Source of the DNA: Methanobacteriota archaeon
GTDB lineage: Archaea; Thermoplasmatota; Thermoplasmata; UBA10834
Direction: 5' to 3'
DNA length: 64,000 bases
Assembly: GCA_020347565.1 (NCBI GenBank)
Contig: CP070732.1
Span: 243,582 to 307,581, forward strand
The position numbers and the translations under genes were made by a program. Shown piece after piece: positions 50,173-59,640 of this stretch (its first letter is position 1; every line of letters begins with the position of its first letter). Under the pieces are notes generated by a model. That model ran no database searches and was not told the DNA's origin. It was given only the letters and a program-made list of their open reading frames with translations.

Positions 50173-51327
50173 ATGACGCGCTCGAAGGAGATCGTTGCAT
50201 ATTCGGCGTCCTTCACCGGACCTGTGGCAGGCAACGCCTTCCTCGCGATGATAGTCGTGCTCGAGGCGGAATGGAACGCGTCGACGGAGGCGGTGCTCCT
50301 CGCCATCCCCGCGTTCATGCTACCGTTCGCCATTATCCAGCTGTTTTCTGGGGCGGTGTCGAACGCATATGACCGCCGTCTCACCTTGAGCGTCGGCTTG
50401 CTCGTGTACATCGTCGGCTCCGTCGCCGCGGCTGCGTCCCCGTCGCTCGAGGTGTTCCTGGGCACGCGCGTCGTCCAGGGCGTCGGCTACGCCTTCGTCT
50501 CGCCGGTCCTCGTGCCCATCGTTTCAGACATCGCCGGGAAGGACCGTCAGGGACTTGCGATGGGGTACCTCGGCAGCACCAGCACCGCAGGGGTCACGTT
50601 GGGGCCATTGCTGGGCGGACTCTTCGCGGAGGTCAACTGGCGGTTGGCGTTCGTGGCGATCGCCCTCATGGCGTCGGCCGTGCTCGCGGCCGTCCTCATA
50701 GTCTTCCGCGGCGAGTCGGGACAGGGTGCGCAGCATGGACGGCCCGGTTCCTTGGGCCAGCTACGCCTGACGCTCAAGAACAGGGACGTCATGCTGCTCT
50801 CTCTCGGGGGCTTCGTCGGCTTCGCCTCGTTCATAGGCGTCGTCTCGTACCTCTCGCCCTACCTCGGCTCACAGGGCTTCAGCACTGGCGAGATAGGCTT
50901 CGCGCTGATGTTCTCCGGACTCTCGGGCGTGTTCCTCTCGCCTGTCGCGGGCAAGCTGGTCGATCGCAAGGGGGCCAGGTGCTGCGCCGTGTTGGGCTTC
51001 GCCATCGCCGCATTCGCGGCGTTTGCGATGCAGTTTGCAGATGATTACGCGGCCTATGTCGCGTTGCTGGCGGTCCTGGGTCTCGGCTCGAGCTTCATCT
51101 GGTCCGCGATGCTCACGATGCTCATGAGGGCATATCCTACGATGAAGGACTCCCTCTCCGCCGTCTTCAACTCGGCACGGTTCTCGGGATACGCGGCTTC
51201 GCCCGTTCTGCTCGCGCCCGTGTTCAGCTCCGCTGGCTTCGAAGGCGTGGTGACCGTGTGCGCGGTCGCGAACGTGGCGTGCGTACTCGTCATCCTTACG
51301 ACTCGCAGGTCGCTGGACCGAGGATAG
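50173..51327 (+). CDS. MFS transporter
   Basis: About 12 TM helices, GAVSNAYDRR, RVVQGVG, GPLLGG, GKLVDRKG. Confidence 0.9.
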   Translation: MTRSKEIVAYSASFTGPVAGNAFLAMIVVLEAEWNASTEAVLLAIPAFMLPFAIIQLFSGAVSNAYDRRLTLSVGLLVYIVGSVAAAASPSLEVFLGTRVVQGVGYAFVSPVLVPIVSDIAGKDRQGLAMGYLGSTSTAGVTLGPLLGGLFAEVNWRLAFVAIALMASAVLAAVLIVFRGESGQGAQHGRPGSLGQLRLTLKNRDVMLLSLGGFVGFASFIGVVSYLSPYLGSQGFSTGEIGFALMFSGLSGVFLSPVAGKLVDRKGARCCAVLGFAIAAFAAFAMQFADDYAAYVALLAVLGLGSSFIWSAMLTMLMRAYPTMKDSLSAVFNSARFSGYAASPVLLAPVFSSAGFEGVVTVCAVANVACVLVILTTRRSLDRG

Positions 51328-51362
51328 GGATTTATTACGGCCCAGCTTATTCACAGTCGATC

Positions 51363-52589
51363 ATGAAGCACAGGAAGATCCTGATGGTCGTCTGCGACGG
51401 CGTTTCAGACAGGCCTGTCAAGGAGCACGATGGCAAGACGCCGCTCCAGGTCGCCCGGAAGCCGGCGATGGACGCCGTCGCGCGGAACGGCGTGTCGGGC
51501 ACGATGGACGTGATCGCACCAGGCGTGGTGCCAGGCAGCGACACCGCCCATCTCGCACTCTTCGGATACGACCCGTACAGGGTCTACACGGGCCGTGGCC
51601 CCATCGAGGCGGCCGGGGCCGGCATCGCCCTTCACAAGGGCGACGTCGCGTTCCGATGCAATTTCGCGCATGTGAACGACTCGATGAAGGTCTTGGACCG
51701 CAGGGCCGGAAGGATCCGTTCGGGCACGGCGGCGCTCGCCCAGGCGCTGACAGGGATGATGCTGGGCGATGTGGAGGTGATTTTCAAGGAGGGCTCTGAG
51801 CATCGCGCGGTCCTCGTTCTCCGCGGCCCTGGACTCGACCATCGCGTGTCCGAGGTCGACCCACACTCGGAATCAGCTGTGCTGGAAGCGAGGGCGCTCT
51901 CGTCGGAGGCTGAGAAGACGGCGCGTGTGCTGAACGAATTCGTCAGGAGGTCCAACGAGGTGCTCTCGGCGCACCAGGTGAACACGGAAAGGGCCGCGGA
52001 GGGCTTGCCCTCGGCGAACATCGTGCTGCCTCGAGGTGCGGGGAGCGTGAGCGAATTGACCACGCTTTCGGAGCGCGACGGTATCAGGTGCGCCGGCGTC
52101 GCGGGCGTCACGCTGGTGAAGGGGCTCTGCCGGCTCGTGGGCATGGAGACGCCGGATGTCAGAGGCGCGACGGGCGGCCTCGACACGGACTACGGTGCCA
52201 AGGCGGAGGCCGCCCTGCGCCTCCTGGACAGGAACGACCTGGTGTTCGTGAACGTGAAGGCACCGGACATCGCTGGCCATGATGGAGACTTCAGGCTCAA
52301 GGTACAGGTCATCGAAAACATCGATGCGATGCTGGGAACAATGCTCAAGGACGTGCACGAGGAGGTGCTCGTTGTGTTGACGGCGGACCACTCCACGCCT
52401 GTCAGCGTAAGGGACCACAGCGCCGACCCTGTGCCCGTGTCGATATCCGGCTCCGACTCGCGCGTGGACGAAGTGCGCCTCTACGACGAGATGTCGGCGG
52501 CATCAGGCGCGCTGGGCAGAATGAGGGGGATGGACCTCATGCCCATCGTGCTTGGAATGGCAAACAGGTCCAGCAAGTTTGGCGCTTGA
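51363..52589 (+). CDS. apgM: 2,3-BPG-independent phosphoglycerate mutase
   Basis: DGVSDRP, PGSDTAH, GRGPIEA, APDIAGHDG, TADHSTP. Confidence 0.95.
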   Translation: MKHRKILMVVCDGVSDRPVKEHDGKTPLQVARKPAMDAVARNGVSGTMDVIAPGVVPGSDTAHLALFGYDPYRVYTGRGPIEAAGAGIALHKGDVAFRCNFAHVNDSMKVLDRRAGRIRSGTAALAQALTGMMLGDVEVIFKEGSEHRAVLVLRGPGLDHRVSEVDPHSESAVLEARALSSEAEKTARVLNEFVRRSNEVLSAHQVNTERAAEGLPSANIVLPRGAGSVSELTTLSERDGIRCAGVAGVTLVKGLCRLVGMETPDVRGATGGLDTDYGAKAEAALRLLDRNDLVFVNVKAPDIAGHDGDFRLKVQVIENIDAMLGTMLKDVHEEVLVVLTADHSTPVSVRDHSADPVPVSISGSDSRVDEVRLYDEMSAASGALGRMRGMDLMPIVLGMANRSSKFGA

Positions 52590-52594
52590 AGACG

Positions 52595-52894
52595 CTACGA
52601 CGGCGAGAGCTCCTCGTCTATCCTGTCCTTGTGTACGTGCCCGATGACTCTGACATCCGCATTCCTCACGCCGTCAAGGGCCATCAGCCTTCTCTTGATG
52701 TTCAGCGCGAAATGGACCCCGAGGGGACACCACCTGGAAGTCGGCCTGAAGGTGAGGCTGACGGAATCGTCAGTCGTCACGATGTCCGATATGAGTCCCA
52801 TGTCATAGATGTTCATGTCCGTGTGGGGGTCGATGATCTCTCTGAGAACAGTCACGACGTCATCTTCTGTCGGCATAGTCTGCATCCCTTCCAT
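52595..52894 (-). CDS. DUF59/SufT-like metal-sulfur cluster assembly protein
   Basis: IIDPH...NIYDMGLI...PTSRWCP. Confidence 0.85.
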   Translation of the reverse strand: MEGMQTMPTEDDVVTVLREIIDPHTDMNIYDMGLISDIVTTDDSVSLTFRPTSRWCPLGVHFALNIKRRLMALDGVRNADVRVIGHVHKDRIDEELSPS

Positions 52895-53015
52895 GGAGTT
52901 ATCTTGGTTGTTCTGCGGCTGTATTACTGACTACCAACCCACTAGTTTAACTTGTTGTCTTTGTGGTTCGGGTGAGCGGATATTCGCTCGTGTCTGGAAC
53001 GCTGTGGACCCTGCC

Positions 53016-53657
53016 TCAAACGCTCCTCCTCTGCTTCTTGAAGTAGTCTAGCACTATCTTGCGCTGGCCCTTCCTGAGTATCTCTGAAAGCGTGGACGGC
53101 GATACGTCGAACATCCGGGCGAGTTCGCGGAGGCTTATCCTCTTCGGATAGTCAAAGTAGCCTCTCTCGAACGCAACCTGTGTGATCTTGTCCTGTCGTT
53201 CAGTCAGCGACTCCTTGTCGTCGATCTTCGTGAGCTTGATGAGTTCGGCCTCCACGCTCTTGGACTTCAAGTCGTCGAATATCTCCTTCAGCACCTGCTT
53301 CTCGCTGAGTATGAGCGTCCATTCGACCTTGCCGCCGTCCTTCGATTGAGCTGATATGAGGAAGACATCCGAATCGGTCAGAATCCTGCATATCTCGCAC
53401 CGCGTCGTCGTCACGGCGCTGATCACCTTCCCCCTCTCCGTCGTGGTTGTGTCCATGTCGGCGACCAGCGGGTTGGCCCTCACCGCTTTGAGGACATCCT
53501 CCATCACGTCGGAGGTTGCGGATATCTCGACGAGGTCCTTCACACCCTTCTCGGCATAGGGCACCCTGTCTATGACTCTGATTTCCACAGGGAACTTAGC
53601 CGACACCTCGCTTATCCAGTTCTCAGGCTCTCGGAGCGAGACTATTGCCTCCATCAT
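53016..53657 (-). CDS. Bat-like (HTH_10) transcriptional regulator
   Basis: LTERQ...AFERGYFDYPKRISLRELA...STLSEILRKG. Confidence 0.9.
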   Translation of the reverse strand: MMEAIVSLREPENWISEVSAKFPVEIRVIDRVPYAEKGVKDLVEISATSDVMEDVLKAVRANPLVADMDTTTTERGKVISAVTTTRCEICRILTDSDVFLISAQSKDGGKVEWTLILSEKQVLKEIFDDLKSKSVEAELIKLTKIDDKESLTERQDKITQVAFERGYFDYPKRISLRELARMFDVSPSTLSEILRKGQRKIVLDYFKKQRRSV

Positions 53658-53815
53658 TTCTGTCGATACCCCTCTCCAGCTATCTTGCGATTGCCGCAAG
53701 TAGTGCAGGGCATACGGCGTATATGTATCTTGACACAGGTCCATCCATCCCTCAGCGGCATTTTCGCCCTGCCATCCGAGCTTATTATCTATGCCGTCCT
53801 CGTTTGCGATGTGGG

Positions 53816-55129
53816 ATGGATCTAACGGCCCTCAACCAGTCAGCCGCAATGGTCGACACCCCTGAGATGTTCGACGAAGTGCTCTCAGGCGACAACATCA
53901 GGATGAAGTCTTCAAGGTGTGTCTACTGCAAGGGCGCGAAGATGCTGTGTGGAAAGAGCCGGTGCAGCGTTCTAGCCAGGTACATGTCGACCGGCTGGAT
54001 GCGGTCCCAGACCGACAAGCTCTCGTTGGACGGCAACTCCCCCCCGAGCGTCTTCGTTGGCAGGATGGGATATCCAAAGGTCGCTATCGGGCCGATGATA
54101 CCCCCGTATCACGGCGACACATCCCTCCTCGACACGCCGGAGCGGTGGGCCGGCCTGTCAATAGACGACATAATCGACTTCAGATCGAGCCTCGTGCGAG
54201 GGATGCACTGGGCCCGTGTGACGGATGTGGACAGCGGGGACAGACTGGTCTCCAGGACGAGGGAGCTGGCCCTCGCGCAGGTCCCGCCCGATGTGGATGC
54301 GGAGTTCAGGAAGAAGCCCGTGGGCCGGCTGACGGTCGACGACGACGTCCAGCCGTTCGGGCCGTCCGCACCTCTGGAGAGATTCGACATCTCCAACTGT
54401 AGATTCGACAGGAGGCTGGAGAAGGCGTTCCACGATGTGGACCTTCTTGCACGTGATGCGATAGTGTCGCTCTACGACAGCGGCACCCTCGTCTCACAGA
54501 TACAGAGGGCCTTCAGCGTCGGCGCGTTCGGGGTGGGCAAACGGAGGCGCTTCGTGCCTACAAGATGGAGCATCACGGCGGTGGACAGCCAGCTCGGACT
54601 GCACATGCTCCAGACGACGAAGACCAGGCCGATCATAGACGAGTTCAGGGTTTACGAGACCGTCAGCCTGGACAACAGATGGGCTGTGCTCATGATGCCG
54701 ACATCCTGGAGGTACGAGCTGATCGAGGCATGGTATCCCAAGACCGTTTGGAACCCGTACAACGACAGGATCGCCATCATGTCTGACCACGAGTTCTATG
54801 ACGGCAGGAAGACGTATGCTAGCATAGGCGGGTGCTACTACGCCGCCAGGCTCGCGGTCAACGAGCTGCTCACGAGGGAACGCCGCCAGGCGGGGGTCTG
54901 CATAATGCGCGAGGCGCACCCGGGCTACATACTCCCCGTCGGGGTCTGGAACGTGAGGGAGAACGTGAGAACCGCCCTGAGCAACAGGCCGAAGAGGTTC
55001 TCCACGCTCACGGATGCACTCACCCATGTGTCGACGATGATGGACATCCCGGTGTCGAGGTGGATCCGGAGCAGTGCTGTGCTGAAGGATGCCCTCTATC
55101 AGAGACGCATAGACGAGTTCGTCGGGTGA
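53816..55129 (+). CDS. nreA: Nre-family PCNA-interacting DNA repair protein
   Basis: N-terminal CVYCKG...LCG...C, SPPSVFVGR, VPTRWSITAVD, GGCYYAARL, PVGVW; C-terminal PIP-like QRRIDEF. Confidence 0.9.
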   Translation: MDLTALNQSAAMVDTPEMFDEVLSGDNIRMKSSRCVYCKGAKMLCGKSRCSVLARYMSTGWMRSQTDKLSLDGNSPPSVFVGRMGYPKVAIGPMIPPYHGDTSLLDTPERWAGLSIDDIIDFRSSLVRGMHWARVTDVDSGDRLVSRTRELALAQVPPDVDAEFRKKPVGRLTVDDDVQPFGPSAPLERFDISNCRFDRRLEKAFHDVDLLARDAIVSLYDSGTLVSQIQRAFSVGAFGVGKRRRFVPTRWSITAVDSQLGLHMLQTTKTRPIIDEFRVYETVSLDNRWAVLMMPTSWRYELIEAWYPKTVWNPYNDRIAIMSDHEFYDGRKTYASIGGCYYAARLAVNELLTRERRQAGVCIMREAHPGYILPVGVWNVRENVRTALSNRPKRFSTLTDALTHVSTMMDIPVSRWIRSSAVLKDALYQRRIDEFVG

Positions 55130-55932
55130 TCCAGTTGGAGGTTCGACACGTCGAGTGTTCCGTCGCGGCCCCCCCGTCCAGGCTTCCCGGGCTGGATCGC
55201 GCGGTCAACCCGTATCGGGGCTGCGCCCACTCATGCGCCTACTGCTACGCCCAGGACGTCACGAGGTTCGAGACCGACAGGCCGTGGGGAGATGTGGTGG
55301 AGGCGAAGGTCAACATCGCGCGGAGGCTGAAGCACGAGCTATCGCGGGACGCGAAGGGGGTCTACGGCATAGGGACGGTGACGGACCCGTATCAGCCACT
55401 GGAGGAGAAGCTGGAGCTGACGAGAAGCTGTCTCGCGCTCCTGAGACGGTTCGGTGCGCGCGCGAGCGTCCTCACTAAGTCGGACCTCGTACTGCGCGAC
55501 ATCGACCTGATGCGCGATTGGCCTGGTGTCGAGGTCGGGATGAGCATCGCATGTGCGGACGACGCAACGGCCGCCGTCGTGGAGCCGCATGCGCCGCCGC
55601 CGACCAACCGGTTCGGCGCGCTGGCGCGGCTGTCGGCCGCTGGTGTCGACGTCTACCTGATGGCTGCTCCGATCATCCCTTCGCTGTCCGGCTCGCGGGA
55701 CCAGCTCGAGAGTCTCGTGGATGCGGCGCACGGATCCGGCGTGAGGCGTATCATATGGGACATGTGGAGCCCGAAGCCCATCGCGAGCCTCCGCCTCCGA
55801 GAGGCGCTCGATGGCGTCGTCGCCGAGCTCGCCGAGCTCGCCGGGTCGTCGCGCGGAGCCCGTTCGTCTGCCGAAGCCGTCCTCGCAAGCGTGTGCTCCG
55901 ACAGGGGTATCCAGCTCGTCTCGGCGTTCTGA
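55126..55932 (+). CDS. Spore-photoproduct-lyase-like radical SAM protein
   Basis: [31 protein letters not shown] overlap with the nre stop. Confidence 0.85.
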   Translation: MIQLEVRHVECSVAAPPSRLPGLDRAVNPYRGCAHSCAYCYAQDVTRFETDRPWGDVVEAKVNIARRLKHELSRDAKGVYGIGTVTDPYQPLEEKLELTRSCLALLRRFGARASVLTKSDLVLRDIDLMRDWPGVEVGMSIACADDATAAVVEPHAPPPTNRFGALARLSAAGVDVYLMAAPIIPSLSGSRDQLESLVDAAHGSGVRRIIWDMWSPKPIASLRLREALDGVVAELAELAGSSRGARSSAEAVLASVCSDRGIQLVSAF

Positions 55933-56020
55933 GGGTCTGCGGCCGAAGGCCGCCTCTGGCCGCATGCGCATATCTTATATAGAAGTTCAATCATACTCGA
56001 CGAACTGGAGGCAAGACTGT

Positions 56021-57688
56021 ATGTTGGGAAACCAGCCGATAATCGTACTGAAAGAAGGCACAGAATCGACCCGCGGCCGCTCCGCGCATGCGAACAACAT
56101 AATGGCGGCCAGGGCAGTTGCTGACGCCGTCAGGAGCACCTTGGGCCCCAAGGGCATGGACAAGATGCTCGTGGACAGCATGGGCGACATCGTGATGACG
56201 AATGATGGTGCAACCATACTGAAGGAGCTGGATATTGAACACCCTGCGGCCAAGATGATAGTGGAGATATCGAAGACGCAGGACAACGAGTGCGGGGACG
56301 GCACGACCTCCGCGGTTGTGATCGCCGGTGAGCTGCTGAAGAAGTCGGAGGCGCTGATCGAACAGAACGTGCATCCGACGGTCATATCAAACGGCTTCAG
56401 GCTGGCTTCGCAGGAGGCGGTGAAGGTCCTCAAGAGCATAGGCGTAGAAGTGTCGCCGACGGACAGGAAGACGCTCAAGCTCGTCGCCAAGACGGCGATG
56501 ACTGGAAAGAGCGTCGACGGGGACAAGGACACCCTTGCCAGGGTAGCGGTCGACGCCGTGACCTCCGTGGCCGAGGAGACGGGCGGGAAGTACGCAGCAG
56601 ACATCGACAACATCCAGGTCGAGAAGAAGCACGGCGGCTCCGTCGCGGACACAGAGATGATCAAGGGTCTCGTTCTCGACAAGGAGCGCGTGCACCCTCG
56701 GATGCCGACGTCGGTTAAGGGCGCGAAAATCGCGCTCATAGACTCCGCGCTGGAGATCAAGAAGACCGAGGTCGAGGCCAAGATCCAGATACGCGACCCG
56801 ACGCAGATGCAGCGCTTCCTGGACGAGGAGGAGAAGACGCTCCAGGAGATGGTCGAGAAGGTCCGGAGGTCGGGTGCGAACGTGGTCATGTGCGAGAAGG
56901 GCATAGACGACCTCGCCCAGCACTACCTCGCGAAGACCGGACTCTACGCCGTCCGTCGCGTCAAGCGCTCGGACATGGAGAAGCTCGCGAAGGCCACAGG
57001 TGGCAAGATCGTCACCAACCTCGATGACCTGGGCGCATCAGAGCTCGGGAAGGCACAGACGGTTGAGGAGGTGAAGATCGGCGACTCCGACATGACCTTC
57101 GTGACCGGATGCAGGAACCCGAAGGCCGTGTCCGTCCTCATAAGAGGCGGGACGGAGCATGTCGTGGATGAGGCGGAGCGCGCGCTTCATGACGCCCTAA
57201 AGGTCGTATCGGTGTCCATCGAGGACGGCGTGGCCGTCGCCGGCGGAGGCGCTCCGGAGATCGAGCTGGCAATCAAGCTCCGCGACTACGGCCAGAGCGT
57301 GGGCGGCAGGGAGCAGCTGGCGATCGAGGCATTCGCCGAGGCCCTCGAGGTCATCCCGTGGACGCTCGCCGAGAACGCAGGCATGGACGCGATCAACGTG
57401 CTTATCGAGCTCAAGACCTCGCACGCCAAGAAGGCCGGTCAGGCGTTCGGCGTCGACGTGATGGCCAACAAGGTCTCCGACATGATGAAGGCTCAGGTTA
57501 TCGAGCCGCTCAGGGTGAAGAGGCAGGCCATCGAATCGGCGACCGAGGTCGCGTCGATGGTGCTGAGGATCGATGATGTCATCGCGTCCAAGAAGATGAG
57601 CCCGTCCGATATGCCGCAGGGGCCTCCGGGAGGGGGCGGCATGGGTGGCATGGGTGGTATGGGTGGCATGCCACCTGGCATGATGTAA
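56021..57688 (+). CDS. ths: Thermosome (group II chaperonin) subunit
   Basis: [32 protein letters not shown] tail. Confidence 0.97.
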   Translation: MLGNQPIIVLKEGTESTRGRSAHANNIMAARAVADAVRSTLGPKGMDKMLVDSMGDIVMTNDGATILKELDIEHPAAKMIVEISKTQDNECGDGTTSAVVIAGELLKKSEALIEQNVHPTVISNGFRLASQEAVKVLKSIGVEVSPTDRKTLKLVAKTAMTGKSVDGDKDTLARVAVDAVTSVAEETGGKYAADIDNIQVEKKHGGSVADTEMIKGLVLDKERVHPRMPTSVKGAKIALIDSALEIKKTEVEAKIQIRDPTQMQRFLDEEEKTLQEMVEKVRRSGANVVMCEKGIDDLAQHYLAKTGLYAVRRVKRSDMEKLAKATGGKIVTNLDDLGASELGKAQTVEEVKIGDSDMTFVTGCRNPKAVSVLIRGGTEHVVDEAERALHDALKVVSVSIEDGVAVAGGGAPEIELAIKLRDYGQSVGGREQLAIEAFAEALEVIPWTLAENAGMDAINVLIELKTSHAKKAGQAFGVDVMANKVSDMMKAQVIEPLRVKRQAIESATEVASMVLRIDDVIASKKMSPSDMPQGPPGGGGMGGMGGMGGMPPGMM

Positions 57689-57704
57689 ACGCGAACCAAA
57701 CCGA

Positions 57705-57738
57705 CGAGGGCTCTGGGCCCTCGCCATCTTGCTTTTCC
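57705..57738 (+). terminator. Hairpin plus pyrimidine tract after the thermosome gene
   Basis: CGAGGGC/GCCCTCG stem at 57705-57723, followed by CCATCTTGCTTTTCC. Confidence 0.55.
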
Positions 57739-58760
57739 ACGCCAACGCCTCGGGATAGCCTGATTCACGCTCCGATGGTCGGCAGGGATGTGCCGACACA
57801 TGTGGATCGTCCGCCTGAGTCCGAAGCTCAGGAGGAAACACATGTCTTGCCGACAAACGGGCATTCACCGGAAGCCCAACACGTATGCTGGCCTACTCGG
57901 CCTTGCGCCGAGGAATGCACGTTTTGGCTGCTGTTTTGCGTGGCGAATACACTGCTCCGACAACGCCTGACGCGCCCGTAGACAGGTCTTGGCGGCGCGT
58001 CCCTTCCGTGTCTGGCCAACCTGTCACAGGCCCTGTTTGGCGTCGGCCCGGAGTTCGAGATTCGCCCCTCGGAAATGGCTGATCCTTGTATCATTTCATC
58101 GATACATTCCGTGAATTCAACCTCATAGCTATCATTGGAACGCTTTTAAATTTAATCTGGTCATTCTTAACGGAGATAGATATACTGTTCCCGGACTCTG
58201 CCGACGGGTGTCTTCCGGAGTGGACGCATATTTATTTCGGCCGCCCTATTATTAATCCTCCGTCATGAGATTTTGGGTCTGGCTATGCCCACCGAGGGTG
58301 TCTAAATGCGGGGAAGATAGTCGCTTCACAAAGGGCTGGTTCAGGCCATTCCCCTGCTCATCTGTAGCTGCATGATCCTCCTCATGATGCCATGCTATGG
58401 CATGTCATGGCGTCTGCCGTTGTCGGACAGATGTTTAGTTTAGATGTATATTTGTAATGCTGGTATCGGTATATACAAATATATTGGAATTGAATACTAA
58501 AATGGCAGGCGCCCCTTGCCCCTTTCAGGGGCAACCGGCCGGATCCCGCTTCGAGAGCGGTGATTTTCGCTCTGCAGGCTCGTAGTAATTGAATGCTTTC
58601 GGGGTCGAGTGCTACAAAATAGCACGCTGTCTTGAGCCATACAGGCGTTTCCGCGGCGTATTTCGCCCCTCCCAAGCGAAAACGGCGACAAATCGGGCAT
58701 TAGTTGACGATTTCGATGGGGTCTCTAGCGTCTCGGAGATGGTCGAGGGCGGATTCTAGG

Positions 58761-58783
58761 CGAAATGCGACATTTTTAAATAG
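58761..58783 (+). promoter_or_regulatory. Probable BRE/TATA promoter of the recombinase gene
   Basis: CGAAATGCGACA-TTTTTAAATA about 60 nt upstream of the ATG at 58841. Confidence 0.5.
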
Positions 58784-58840
58784 GCACAATCGGATTAGCT
58801 GTCGGACGATTGTCCGCGCGCAAAGGGATGGGAACGTACC

Positions 58841-59491
58841 ATGCGAAAGTATCTCAAGGAGGGCGAGCTACGGCAACTGCTCGAGGCGCCGAGGCGGATG
58901 AGGGACCGTCTCATCATCAAACTGCTGTACGAGACGGGTATGCGGGTCGGCGAACTGTCGACCTTGACAATCGGTGACGTGGATCTCGACTCAGGCGAGA
59001 TCACAATACAGCACGCGAAGAGGCACAGTGAAGGGCGCAAGGTCCCGATCGTCAACTCCTGGACACGCACAATGCTCCGGGATTACATAGGCACGCGCAA
59101 GAACCACAGGGACCCGCTGTTCGTCTCGAACAAGAGAGGGCCGCTTTCGAGGCGCCAGATAGAGCGACTCATCCACAATTACGGTACCTCAGTAGGCCTG
59201 GAAAGAGACAAGAGCCACCCCCACGTCCTCCGTCACACGCATGCGGTCCACGCTCTCAAGTCTGGCATCGACCTCAGAACGCTGCAGCAGAATCTCGGGC
59301 ACTCCAGCATAGAGGTGACGGCCATCTACCTCACCATGGACATCGATGACAGGAAGGAAGAATACTCCAAGCATCGACTGCCGGGAATGGACGCGGCTGC
59401 GGGAGAGGGAGACGGGCAAGCGGAGCAGGATACAGAGCGCACAACGGGCGCTAGTCACTCGAACTCCTATGTGCTCTCGAGTGATGTTTAG
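58841..59491 (+). CDS. Tyrosine recombinase, catalytic domain only
   Basis: ETGMRVGEL (R), HAKR (probable K), HVLRH (HxxR), LGHSS (H), TAIY (Y); 216 aa. Confidence 0.93.
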   Translation: MRKYLKEGELRQLLEAPRRMRDRLIIKLLYETGMRVGELSTLTIGDVDLDSGEITIQHAKRHSEGRKVPIVNSWTRTMLRDYIGTRKNHRDPLFVSNKRGPLSRRQIERLIHNYGTSVGLERDKSHPHVLRHTHAVHALKSGIDLRTLQQNLGHSSIEVTAIYLTMDIDDRKEEYSKHRLPGMDAAAGEGDGQAEQDTERTTGASHSNSYVLSSDV

Positions 59492-59640
59492 GTAAACGCT
59501 AAACTGAATGATGTTGAATCGGTACATCCCATAATTTCTTAGCTTGATGCTATTCAATCGGTCGCGGCGGCCGGGAAAGAAGCTCTGTCGCCGTTCCCTC
59601 GTCAACATATAATACACGTCTCGGGATTCTTACCTACGAT

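Noticed and set aside
57630-57688. GGCATGGGT-type tandem repeats
   Set aside because: Ordinary GGM tail of chaperonins.
57690-58840. RNase P RNA, SRP RNA, hammerhead, CRISPR array or canonical dif site
   Set aside because: No GAGGAAAGUCC/P4 pairing, no SRP helix-8 motif, no CUGANGA core, no regularly spaced repeats, and no 11-6-11 dyad found by eye.
57775-58901. Short ORFs of 60-100 aa in the intergenic tract
   Set aside because: No recognisable motifs, mutually overlapping and atypical composition.
50127-59491. Integrated element from tRNA-Ser to the recombinase
   Set aside because: The interval holds core genes (apgM, thermosome, nre) and there is no exact att duplication.
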